64,000 nucleotides of DNA. It comes from Monocercomonoides exilis PA203 (taxonomy: Eukaryota > Protista > Preaxostyla). Shown in pieces: positions 11,664 to 24,900 of the stretch. Each line of letters begins with the position of its first letter. Positions within the stretch are counted from its first letter, which is position 1. Both the position numbers and the translations under genes were made by a program. The stretch spans positions 310,001-374,000 of the forward strand of contig LSRY02000056.1 of assembly GCA_001643675.2 (NCBI GenBank), in the 5' to 3' direction. The notes beneath the pieces were generated by a model. It searched no databases and was not told the DNA's origin. It saw only the letters and a list, made by a program, of their open reading frames with translations.

Positions 11664-14600
11664 ATGAAAGCTGCATTTAATTATATTGCTTTGATGTTTC
11701 TTGCTGCAAGCTGTTATAATGAGGAAAACATTGCAGAAAGGCAAATTCAACAAGAAATGAACGAGAAGATGTAGAAAGGCAAAATAAACGTTGCAGATGG
11801 AAATGGAAATGATAACAATTATTTTTATATTACATTGGAGAAAGATGATAAACCAGTTGACAATTGCATTTGCTGTGTCCAAACAAATCTAAATATCGTC
11901 AACAGCACATTATGTGTGACCCATCTCAACATCATCCCCCTCAGTGGTTGTCCGCTCCTCACCGCTCAACACCACTCCGCTGCAACCATCCTCTCCTCCA
12001 GTTGCCAAATTCATCCAGCAGCAAAATCTCCACTTTTTCTCTCTGCCCATGCCTCCCTCTCCCTCACAAACTTCTCCCTCACCACCCATCAACCAGCCAT
12101 CCTCTCCTTCTCCCTCTTCTCCACCCCAAACAATCTCCTCCATAATGCCCACTCCCCAATCCCTGCCTCCTTCTCCATCTCTCACTCCTCCTTCTCCTCA
12201 TTCATTTCTCTCTGCAATCTCTTCATTTTTTCTCCTTCCTTTTCCTCTTCTTCTTCACCTCTTCATCCCCACCTCCAAATCCGCTTCAGTCTCCATCTCT
12301 CAAACACCTTCTTCTCCAACATCTCCTCTTTTTCTTCATCTTTAACCACTTCCACTTCCACCAATACTAACATCAATTCAATCCCCTCCTTCTCTCTTCA
12401 CTCATCCCTCTCCATCCTCTCAACCCTCTTCCAACACACTCACAACCCCATCGATGGTGCTATTCTCCCAAACCTCAACAGCCCATCCACTTCTCTCTCT
12501 GCCTTCAATACCTCTTTCCTTCACCAAACACACTCTTCATCAAATGATGCTGTGGTGCATATTGGAACTGAATCTCAAAGAGTGAAACCCGGAAGACTAG
12601 CTTCATTTGACGTTAACAACCATCGCTTCGAATGGTGCGAATGGGAAAATTCGAATAGCGGAGGTAGTCATGGTGGAGCACTTTTTGTTTATTGTGAAAA
12701 TGCAAATCTCACTATCACTTCTTGCTCATTCAACAATTGTTCAAATACTAATCATGAAGGAGCATTATATTGTGAAAATTTGTATAAAATAGATGTCACA
12801 AAATCAAATTTCACGAACTGTTCTGCGGCTAATGGAGGAGCGAATTGCATCAGGTATCCTATATCCAATTCTGTTTGGACATTCTCAGAAAACAAAGTTG
12901 AAAGATGCAAAATTACTTATTGGTGTGGAACTGGTTGGTTTTTCGCACTTGATTGCTTTCCAAAAACTGTTCAATTTCTATTTTCCAGATGCAAGTGCAT
13001 CACAAACACTGGAAGTGATTCAACTGGTTCTTTAACATTTTTTAATGCTCCATCATCAAAGCCAATTCTGTTTTCCGTTAATGATTGCCAATTTGTCAGT
13101 AATAAATTGAACCTTTCTAAATATGGAGGAGCTGCTATTTATTGTCATGAAACCTATTCTTGGATGAGCGGGGCAGAATCATTCACTTTCTGTTTTTTCG
13201 ATGACAACACCGCTGCAAAAGGTAGAGGAAACGACGTGTTTTTCAATGGAAGCAGCATCACACAATCTCCGTTCCAGCAATGTGGCTCAACAACCGCAAC
13301 AAAAAGAGTATGGAATCGTGGAACAGCAGATAATGCTGAGTACAATAGCTGGCTCCCCCTTATCACCCAGAACATAATTGTTGCTAACAGCGGAATTGAT
13401 GCTGATGCATGCGGCAGAACGAAGGAAAACCCATGTGCCACAATCGAATATGCACTCTATGGGTTTGGTTTTTTCAATGATACCTCCCTCATCCTCCTCA
13501 AATCCGTTTTCGCTCCCATCAAAACGCTCACTTCCAGCTCTGCCAGCACAAAAATCACAGGAAATGGAACAACTACCACCACCATCGCCTCAGATTGCAT
13601 TCCTCAACCTCCGTCATCATTTTCATCCTCGTCTTCATCAACAACATCACCAGATCCATCTGTCTCGTTTGCCCTCTTCCAACAGACCCAGGGCTCCCTC
13701 ACAGTCTCTGCCCTCTCCATCGCCCACAACTCCACAAATCCCATCACCCCCATCCTCTTCCACCTCTCCGAAAATTCCCCTTCCCTCAACCTCAACACAA
13801 CCACCATCACCGGAACAACCCCATCTTCATCGTCAATCACAACTCCCCTCTTCTTCCTCACTGCTGGCTCCCTCGCCCTCAACCACACAGCAATCACCAG
13901 TCTCACCCTCAACAGTCAAAGCATCTTCCATCTCACCTCCCTCGCCAGTCCTCTCACCCTCAACTCCTCCAACATCACCCACATCACCTCCACAGCCACT
14001 CCAGCCAGCTGTGTCCTCTCCTCTGCCACCTCCCCTGCCCTCTCCCTCTCCCTCGCCAACTGCACCATCTCCAACATCAACTCAGAACAGTTGAGCCAAC
14101 AGACTCCCACCAATGGCGGGTGCATCTCATTCGCCTCAACTGCCCCTGCAAACTCGTTTTCGGTGAGCAACACCACCTTCTCCACCTGCTGTGTGAGCGA
14201 GGATACAAGTTCTGGAGGAAGAGGCGGCGCTCTCATGATCGAGTACAATGAAGGCTCACAAGTGTCAGAATCCTCCTTTTCCATGACAAATGTGATATTT
14301 TCAGCCAACAAGGCCAGTGTCGGAAGAGATATATATTTTGTGTGTGAATCCCTTGCTGCTTCTGTAAACGAGTCTTCCTTCGCCTTCATGAGAAGCATCA
14401 CTCAGAAAGACAACTCAGTTGTTGGACATGACAGAACAGAGGCATTTGGGAACTGGAATGTCGATTTATTTATATTTCTCGATGGATATTTCGCAGATAC
14501 AATTTATGTGGATGGAACATCTGGAGTGGAGAAGGCATATTGTGGCTTGGAAAAGGCACCTTGTTTGAGCGTGAATTATGGAATGGAACATTTGAAGAAA

Positions 14601-17600
14601 ACACAAACTACAAAACAAGAGATTATTTTATGCACCAATTCGTCTGTAATTGGGTGCGTGGATGTGAGCGGGGTTAGTGTGAAAGCAAAAGAGGAAGAAA
14701 TTATTGGCATTGAATGCAAAAGTGAGTTGAATGGCTCTGAAGAAGAATGTGTGATGAAGTCAGCATCACTGACAGAAATGAAGTTCATTGGGATTGTTGT
14801 TCCATCGAGCTTTAACAGAACAATCACATCAGTGATTGAATCAGGCAGTCCAAATGGAGAATTGCACATGAAGAACTGCGCAATGGGTGTGACTGGAGGG
14901 AAGCAAAACGCAATTGAATTTTTCTTGATCAAATCGACAGGAAAGATGGTTGCACTGGAATTTGTGAAGATTTCAGAAGTGAAATCAACGGTTTCGTTGT
15001 TTTCTTTTTCGCTTTCCTCAGTAAATATGAACGATCAGGAATACAAAGTTAAACTATTGAATTGCACAATGGAAGGATGCAGTTTGGATGAATCTTCACT
15101 TGGTGAAACTCCTTTGACGATATCTTCTTCTGTTTTGCTTGAAAACAGCAACTTTTCAAACATCGGGAATACAGGCAGCAGTGAAGAAGGAGGCGTTGCA
15201 AAAGTGACATTGAAAGAGAATGAAAAATTGGAGATCAAATCAACAAATGCATCATCTTGCTCACTTTCATCAAGAAATGGAAAAGGAGGATTTCTTTATT
15301 TGGATTGTCAAGAATGTTTGAATGAGAAGCCATTTCTTTTAGAAAACGTTTCGTTTGCAAACAACAATGCAGCCATTGGAAAGAATGTGTTCATTTTGGG
15401 AAAGGATTTTAATTCTTCTGTGACAAATGACTCATTCAAGTTTGATTATTCCTCAATGATCAATGATGGAAATTTGTTTGTTGGAAGTGATGGAAAACAT
15501 CAAGAAAAGGATTTGTTCATGTTTTTGATTCCATTCAGCTCATTTGAGATATTTATTTCATCGAGTGGATTTGATGTTGCAAGATGTGGAAGTGAGGAAG
15601 AGCCATGCTTCACAATGTGGAAGGGGATGGAAAACATGAAAAATGGAGATGAAATGAAAACAATTCAGGTTGAAGAATCAACAATTATTCGAGATTCATT
15701 CAATGTTACCAATTATCAGATCAAAAAAAGTGTAAAGATGGGTGAAGAGAATGTAAAAGCAAAATTGAATTTTGAAAAGGCAGTTGGAAGTCAACTTGAA
15801 TATTTCATGGCGAATAATATTCATCTTGAATTGATGAATATCCAACTTCAATTGACATCTGGATTTGACAACTCAGCCAAAACGATTATTTTAAACAGAG
15901 GAGGAGATTTGGTGATAACTGGATGTGCATTCCATTCAGAAGCGGGAGTGAATAATGGATTTGATTGTGTGTTTGTGGATGTGATTGGTGGCAGTGTGGA
16001 AGTGAATGATTTGTCGATGGAATCATGCAACGTTGGAAATAGCATATTTACCATTCATGATATTGGAGTTGATTGCCATTTCATGAATGTTCGAGTGGAA
16101 TCGTTGAATGAAAGTGGAGGATGTCTTCTTCTGATCAAAGGACCTAAATTAACAACAAAGACAAATGAAGGAGGTGAAGAAGGAACAAATATTGAGATTG
16201 AAAAATCATCATTTTCAGGAATGAAGAGAAGCGACAATGGGCCAAGCATTTTGGAGTCTGCAAGTGAGAAAAAGATAGATTTGGTTGTGAATGCGAGCAA
16301 CATCACAGAAGACAAAGCAGAATCAAGTGAAAAAGGAGGGGCAATATTTTTCACATTGGGTGGATCTGGATCAATGAAGATGATTGGCTCAACGATCAGT
16401 CATTGCAGCTGCAACAATAGCACAGGGAAAGGAGGAGGAGTGTATTTGGCAACAAAGGAACGAGGAGAATTGGATTTCATATTTGTGGGAATGAAATTCA
16501 GTGCTAACACAGCAAAAGTGGGGAATGATATTTTCATTGAATGCTACAACATCACATCCCAGATTAATGAAAGCCAATTCCAGTTTGATCTTCGAGAGAA
16601 TCATTATTCACGAATTAATGCGATTTATGGAAGAGATGAATGCGATTATCCAAGTGACACGGATCTGATTGATTTTGTGACGATCCATCAGAGTGACACA
16701 ATCATTGTGAGCAGTGTGAACGGATCAAATGAGAGACAGTGTGGAACAATCACACTTCCATGCTATTCGATTGAACATGGAATTGTGCATCTGACTTCAG
16801 ATATCATGAGTCTGATATTTGTTGTTGAAGAAAGTGAAATTAGAGGCGAATTGGATCTGAAAGAGATTAGTCTGAGTTCGAAGAGCAGAGACTTGTGTGA
16901 AGTTGAAGTGAAATCAGGGATAACAAGAACAAGAGAGGCATTGATAACAACAACAGGAACAGTCTCAATGCTGAGAGTGAACTTTGTGTTTGATTCAAAT
17001 TTCATCTCTTCACATGAATCGCTAATATCATCAGAAGGAGGGATTCTTGAAATGATGAATTGTTCATTCACCTCAAAACAATCCAATGAAGAAGGAAATG
17101 AAGCTTTTGCAAATATTCAGTTCCACATCATTAATATGGTCAAAGGAGAATTGCAACTTGATGGATGTGCAATATCAAATCTAATTCTTCATAAATCTGC
17201 ATTGTATCTTTCATCATCACTTCCATCAGTAGTTTATTCGTTTGATATCAGCAATTCAACGATTTCTCATTCTCTTGTTGAAATCATTGAATGTGGACAA
17301 TTAAACATGGAAAAGTTTCATACAGAAAATATTTCGATTGAAGGAAATGAAGAATCCTTGATATCTTGCTTATCAATGAAAAAGACAATTCAGTTGACAA
17401 ATTGTACAATTGGCAAAACAAATTCAAAGATCACAAAAGGGAAATTGATGAAAGCGGAGGATTGCACAGATGTAAAAATGGACAGTTGCATTTTTGATGG
17501 GAGTACAAAGGAAAGAAATGAGAAATTTTTGAATGCAGAAGAAGAGAAGTGCAAATGGGATGGGTCTCTTGTAGATGTTGGGGAGAGTTCAGTGATGATG

Positions 17601-19610
17601 AAAGATACAACAATTGCAAATTCACCGGATGGTGGAATAACTATGAGTGGAGGAAATGTGATAATTGAGAAAGGAGAGTTCATCGACAACAATCCATCAA
17701 TTGAAGGATATCCATCGTTGAGAAGAAACATAATCTGTTCGAATTCTGGAACATTGAATGTGATGAGTTTGAAAGGAGGAGATGGAGTTTTGCCAAACAC
17801 TTCACTTTGGATGTTGAACGAAGGGTGTAGTTTTGAAGGGATTGCTTCAGAAAGGGATTCATCATTCTTTATTCCTGCGCTGGAGAGTGTGGAAGTGAAA
17901 GAAGAGACAGATAGAATGAAGCTGATATTCAAAGGAATGCTTCTTGTTCCATGTAATCTATCATTCTCTGTTGTGAAGAGGAAGGGAGATGAGAAGGAGA
18001 TTGAAAAATACAATTTTGATGAGGATGGATACTTGACGGAAAGAGAGGTTGAAGGGAGTGTAGGGAAAGATCTGATCAGCAGTTGTGGAAATGATGTTGA
18101 GGTGAGTATTCATATTTTGTTTGGCAACGCAGAATCTCCTTCCTCAACACAGTCATTTGTTCTGAAGAACAGGAGTGAACCCAAAACAAGTGGAGATGAA
18201 AAGATTGTTGAAGGAGGAAAGAAAGAAAAATCTATATGGCCGATTATTGTTATTGTGCTTGTGGTTATATTGTTGATTGTTCTTATCATTGCAGTTGCAT
18301 TTATTGTTCGATGGAGAAAGGTCAAGAATGAAGCGAAAGATCTGAGGGAGATTGTGAATGATACAGTGAGAAAGGATCCGAAGTTGATTGAGATGACAAC
18401 AATGGAGATGTCGCCCGAGGAGCAGTGGAGGAGAGCAGAGAGGGAGGCAGAGAAGAAAAATGAAGAAAGAATTAAAAAGAGGATATATGAGAAAAGTCTG
18501 GGGCACTCGGAGTCATCTGAGCATTTGTTGAGTGAAAGTGACTCGACTGAATACATTCTGGGAAGAGATTCAGACAAAATACCTAACTGGGCACTTGAAA
18601 AAGCAGACGAAAAAGATGACGACGAGATAACAAGGAAAAGATCACCATCTCCATCAATTTCTTCAACTTCAACGAATGATTCTGATTCATCATTCGTTCG
18701 AATGGAGGATATGTGTCCAACAACCTCTTCTATGTCAAATCTGGTGGATGCAATGGCCTGTTCATCGCCTCACGAAAAGCTGATTGTGGATCTGAGGGAT
18801 TCACTGTTCATGTTGCTGCATGGGAGGAACGAGAAGAAGGAAATGGCGATTGGGACTCTGCAGGAGAGAGAACAAACAGCTGCCCAAATCCTGTTCTGGG
18901 TGGCTAACCTTGCTCTCCACTCTTTTGATGAAATGGAAAATCCTCTTCAGTCATTATCCAGTTTGAGTCCTCACATTGTATTGTTCTCCGAGCACATGGT
19001 GATCTGCATTGTAATGCACTCCGACTGCTCTTCCGATGATTCAGATTCATCATCCGTCTCTTCATTGACCATTGTTTCTTCGTCCTCCAATATTTCGGTG
19101 CTGAGCGAGAGATTCACCGACTCACCACCTCCTTCATCAGCATTTGAAGATGAGGATGACTTCAAAAAGGAGTGCCTGAGATGGAAGGCGCCTGAATTGC
19201 TGATCAACAAGAACATGGGCGTAGCAAAGGAGTCAGTTGTGTTTTCGATTGGGATGATGCTGTGGGAGTGTCTGACCCTTCAAATCCCGTTTGGTGAGTA
19301 TGAGGCAGAGGTGGCTGGGCAGAAGATTGCAAACGGAGAACGACCTGCGCTGGAGGCGGTGCAGTGCTCCTCCTTCTATGGCCTTGCGAAGAGCTGTGTA
19401 TCCCAGTCGCCTGGTGTACGCCCATCACTTACACAACTTAAAAGAGTGTTCATTGCGCGCTTCCCTCCTGGTGCAGCTGTCCTCACCCTCACAGACGCAG
19501 TCGACCTCGAAGACTCGACAGGCAGGCACAGACAAGGCACAACATCCTTTGCTTTCTCAACCAGCAGCACTTCTGACAAAGCCCAGCCAACGATCAATAT
19601 CAAAAATTGA
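11664..19610 (+). CDS. Receptor-like single-pass protein: Cys-rich pectin-lyase-like/Pmp-like beta-helix ectodomain, TM helix, degenerate tyrosine-kinase-like C-lobe (pseudokinase); 5' structure uncertain
   Basis: 2591-codon ORF 11835-19610 with GGA(I/L)/FxxN motifs, four G-x-D-x3-CG-x4-PC-like modules, TM IWPIIVIVLVVILLIVLIIAVAFIV (~18234-18310), and kinase C-lobe motifs LRWKAPELL, VFSIGMMLWECLTLQIPF and RPS. A signal-peptide-like MKAAFNYIALMFLAASC starts in frame at 11664 but is separated from the ORF by TAG 11772-11774. Confidence 0.85.
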
Positions 19611-21019
19611 GAATGCGAAAGAAACAATAGAAGAATGAGAATGTGGGAAAAAAGGTGAATTTGAACGAGGAGAATTTCTATTGATCTGGCGATGGTCGCC
19701 AGTGACCTTTGTTTTGCGTTTGATTTATATTTATTTTGTGTTTATTTTGTGTTTGTTTGGTTGCACAAAGCGCATTTCTTGCTCCTCTTTAGTTCGTTTT
19801 TGCAAAACATGCGATTCTCAACGATAGAATCGTATTGCAATGTGCTTCTGCATCCTTGCTTAGGCTTGTAACAGCCAAAGACTTTCTTCAAATCCCTCCA
19901 GCAATCAAAAATTGACTATCTGAACCAAATCTGTCAATTCACATACCATCACCCTCGGTCTTCTTGGCCAAAGAATGGATCGAAAGTCAAACATAAAGGG
20001 GTATCTCATGTGCATCAGGTTGGGAATGCCCGAAATTATCTTTGAATTTCACTTTTTTCTTTTCTTTTCTTTTCTTTTCTTTTCTTTCTTTCTTTCTTTC
20101 TTTCTTTTTTTTTTTGAACAAATATTTTGTTTTAATTTGATATATTTCGTTTTGTTTCTTATTTCTTTTATTTTTTAATTTTCTAAGTTTCGTTTCTTAT
20201 CAATGTTTTTCTTTTTTTAATCAGTTTCTGCACATTTTACTCTTCATTATTTATCTGTGCTTATTCAGTTTTTCTTCTTCGTTTTTGGATGGAGCAATTT
20301 TTTACAAATTTCAGCCATTCATTCACACATTCTGTTAATTTGATCTTCATTTTGATAATTGAAATATGTATTTCCATTTTACACTTTAATTGTTATAATT
20401 ACAGTTGCTATTATTGCTTTCGTTTTCCTTATTCAGCTAAAATATTGTTATAATCACAACACGAATTGTTTCAATAATTTCAGTCACTTTGTCTTTATAT
20501 TCTCATTTTTGTTAATATTTTCACCTTCATTCACGAGACATTTTGCGTGTTTCTATTTGTTTATTTCATTGTGTAGTCAAATAGCATATTGTAAATCACA
20601 TTTTGAGATTGAGCGTGTTTTTTTCGTGTTGATTGAAAAGTTCTTTTTTTTCAATTTTGCTGATTTTTGTTCATTTTTTAGTCAGTCATAATTATAACAT
20701 TCAGCAAAACAAATTATTTATTTTTATTTTGATTTTTCATTTTTGAGGGAAGGAACATACAAAAACGTCATGCAGCTTATGCATCTGTTCTTATCAAGAC
20801 AGCAACTAATTAGGTGTAATGATCATTATCGACTCATAAACTTCTTCAATGATGATCCAGCAATCAATTTTTATTTGCAAACGTGATGATTAATTTTTAT
20901 TTGAACGGAACATGATCACAATTGAAATAATGCTTTTTTTCCCCGCCCCTCTTCCCCGCCTCCCACATGAGGAATGGATTTTGAAAATGCCGCAGAATAT
21001 TGTATTCTGTATTTCCAGT

Positions 21020-21410
21020 TGATTTCATAAATGAATCAATGCACTGCTTGTTAATTCTCAATATATATCCTTTGATTTTTGAAACACCTGAGCATTGCTG
21101 ATGAGAAGACCTTAATATTCTTTATTTTGCAAATTGCATCTGAGAATAAAGACTCAAAATTTCTGGGACATCTCACAAAGACATTCACTTCTTTCGTTTC
21201 TTTTCTTCCTACTTCTTTTCATTTCTAATTCACACACATCGACAGCTCTTCAAGTTCTCTTTTGACTTTTCTTCCAAAATGCAGCACATTCACAATCGCT
21301 CTTTCCAAACTCTTGTCATTATTTAACATGTTGATCAAAAATTTCCACACAATTTGAAACACAAGTTGAGTTAGATTTTAATGCTCCTGATGATATTTGA
21401 TAATCTCATT
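21020..21410 (-). pseudogene. Decayed fragment of a lineage-expanded uncharacterised helical protein family
   Basis: Minus strand reads EIIKYHQEH*NLTQLVFQIVWKFLINMLNNDKSLERAIVNVLHFGRKVKRELEELSMCVN*K*KEVGRKETKEV, then *GLLISNAQVFQKSKDIY*. Protein-like with in-frame stops; resembles, from memory and unverified, a multicopy Monocercomonoides family. Confidence 0.6.
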
Positions 21411-21982
21411 TCTCTGAAACATATTTTAATGTTTTTAACAACAGAGAAATAGCACGTGAACTTTGTGTGAATATTTATCAACATTAAGGTCAATATCCTT
21501 TTACAAACAGTGATCTCCAGTACAATTCAGTGACAAATACACCATTTCCAATTTCAATGATTTCTTTGATATGCATTATTTATACGCTCATATGAAGCAA
21601 ATCCACTTTTTTGATGAACGAGAAATGTACTTTGTCATTTTTGAAAAATATACACGTTTAGTACCACATGTTCAAAGAACCACCAGAAGCTTCCTTTTTT
21701 GTGAAAAATAAAGATTGATATTCAAAATTAGGCACAACAAACAAATATTTATGTTAAATTATGAAAATTAATCAAAACCCAATGCTCAAATGAAATTTAA
21801 TGAAAAATACCTCTCAAAAAAAAAAAATAAGTTTCTTTTCAAAAAATAAACTTAAAATATATTTATTTTTCATTTAAAAAAATTTGACATAATTTCATTG
21901 TATAAATTCAGGAACTAAAAAATAGCATCAAACTGTATCAGATTCATAAGCAATGTGAAAATTTTGTGAACATTTAAAACTC

Positions 21983-24900
21983 TTATTTAACAACCCATTC
22001 GTCGTCGCTAAGTCCTGGCTGCAAATCGGTATGATCTTCTTTCTGTTGATCTTCGCACAGATCAACTTTAACATCTTCATTTGTACTGGAAGAGATCGTA
22101 TTCCATTCATTCATTTCCTGCTTTGTCAAATTATCTGTGATGAGAGATATTCTTCTTGTTGTTTCTTCACATAGAAGCGTTTTTCCTCTCATTGATTGAA
22201 TAGCATCAACAGTCACAGCTCTATCGTCACTACTAAGTGATTGGAAGTCGTACTCTTTTCCTGACGTTTCAATAGAAAAGCAGAAACGTGAGTTAAAAGT
22301 GAAAGAAAGAACCGAAGAGGTTGAAGATAAAGCGGACGAAAGTTTTGAAAGAGCTGTGATCTGCTTTCGAAATTGTTCTGTTTCAATTCCAATTTTAATC
22401 GATTTAATCGAAGCCAGCGGGATAAAAACGGAAGATGATTTACAAACAAACGGAGGAAGAGTTTTCAGTGCTGCACGCAACTGCGCTTCAGTGGCATCCT
22501 CAAACATCGTCTGCCCAATCATCTTTCCCTGAAATGCAGCTGCGGACTTTTTCTTGTCAAGCTCACAAATTTCAATTCCATCTCCTTGCTGAAGCTTTTT
22601 CTTTTTCATTTTCTCCTTTTTCTCTTTCTCTTTCTCTTTCTCTTTTTGCTTTTTTTCTTTCTCCTTTTGACTTATTTCTCTGTTCGATTCATTCATCAAT
22701 CTCTCCTCCTCTTCTTCTATTTCCTTTTCCATCAGTTTCTCAACCGCCTCTTTTATTCCCCTGATCCACACCAGCGGGGCGTCTTTCTCCTTGCAGTCAT
22801 ATGCCACCACGCCCCGCCGGCAAAACAGCTCTTCCATCCGCATTGTGACTGAAGAAGCCGCACGAGCTTCGATCGGATCGTCAATAAACTTCCCCCCATC
22901 CACAGCCACACCCAGCTGCTGGAGAATCGCCTGCTTTGACGGAGAAGAAACAGAAATGCATCCGTCAAAATCGTCATATGTGCCATTTTCAAAGTCAGGG
23001 CGGTCAGAATAGAGCGAGCGAGTGGGAGAAGAACGATGTGCCGTGAGACTCACAGTGGAAGCCAAAGAGTTCGTTGGGCACTGCTTTCGCTGTGTGGAAG
23101 GGTTGCCTGACGAGTGGGGAGATGGCGAAGTTGGAGGAGGAGAACCAGCGACTGATTGAGCAGGTTGCCTTTGCTGCTGTTGTTGAGAGGCTTTCCATTC
23201 GGAGTCGCTTTCAGCTGGATCAAAGAAGAAGGAGTCATGAGAATCTGAGTGAACAGGCGTTGTAGCGGAAGGCGAAATCGGAGGGAAAGGAGAAGCAATC
23301 TGGGACGAGCGGTTGGCTGAAGAAGAAAAAGTCGTACGAGGCGTCTGCACAAAAGAAGGGGAGATAGGAGCTGTGGGAGAAAGAGAATGAGAAGTAGAAG
23401 TAGAAGCAGAAGCAGAAGCAGAGGATGAAATAGGAGGAGAAACCTTCAGCACACGAAGAGGATTGAATGATGCCTGAAGAGCAGAAGTTGAGCTTGTTGG
23501 AGACAAAGGCATTGAAGAAGAAAAAGACACGTAGGATGACGACGAGCCTGTGGGAGACCTGGGGACAGGAGATTTTGAAACAGAGAAAGAAGCCGAAGTC
23601 AGAATAGGAGACGGCTTCGCTCGTGATTTCCCTTTGTCTTTTGTCTCTTTTGTTCGGAGTGTTTCGACAACATCGCCAAAGAGCGATGTTGCGAGTGGGT
23701 TGTTTATTGATGTTGTGGATGTGATGGAGACAGCAGATGCAACAGAGCGGGTGTAGTTGCGAGGAGAAATGGGGGCTGGCTGTGGATGATGGATGTTCAG
23801 GTGCTTTGCTGATGAAACAGAAGAAGATGAGGAAGAAGAAGAAGAAGAAGAAGGTTGACTGCGTGTCTCGTCTGGAAAATGTTTTGAATCCAAAGAAGGA
23901 GAAGGAAGCGGTGAAAGAGGAGGAGGTGGAGAAGGAGAAGGAGAATGAGAAGAATCTGAAGGATTTGAAGGTGTTTTTGTGGAAGCTTGATTGGAGGTAG
24001 ATTGTCTGATGGCAGATGTGGAAGGTACTGAAATGGAAGACTCTGAAGAAGATGCAGAAGAAGTAGAAACTGATGGAGCTGATGAAACAGTTGAAGAAGA
24101 AGAAGAGGAGGATGAAGAGGGAGAAGTTGTTGTTGTTGAAGTGGCTGATGATGATGAAGATGAAGTGTTTTCATCTCTGTTTGGCAAAGCTGACGTTTGA
24201 GCTGATTGCTGATCCTTTTTTGAAGCATTCGTTGAGGATAAGTTTTGAGAAGGCAGAGAAGAACGAAATGATGACTGAGCAGACAAACGACGTGGTGTGG
24301 TTGATTCAAAACTTGATTGAGATGAAGCGTTGAGCGAAAGAGAAGGAGAAGACGAGGGAGTGATGAATGACACAGGAGAAGGAATGTTCATATCGAAAAT
24401 GCTTTGATGTGAAGATAAATGAGCATTTAATTCTGGTCGTTTTTGAGAAATTGAGGAAGAGGAGGAAGCAAAAACAGAAGCAGCTGTCGAGGAGGAAGAG
24501 GAAGAGGAAGAGGAGGAAGAGGAGGATGAAGAAGCAGAAGCAGAAGTAGAAGAAGGGGAGGTGAAGGTAGTGAAAGATGATGATGATTGAGGAACTGGAG
24601 TTGTCGTTGTAGCAGTAGAAGCAGAGTAAGAAGATGACAGAGAAGGTATAGTAATTGACGATGAAGGGGATGAAGAAGACGTCGAAGGAGATAGTGTCGA
24701 AGAAGACGAAGGAGAAGAAAAAGTAGACGCAGACGTAGAAGCAGAAGCAGAAGAAGACGAAGATGAGTCAGAAGAAGAAGGCTTCATTGACGGGATGGAA
24801 GAAGCAGGCGAATAAGGAACAAGAAGAGGGTTGCGCTGAATCTTCGGTGGAAATGACTCCTGAAAGAGCTGAAGAGAGCGCTCAGCCAACGACTGAGAGT

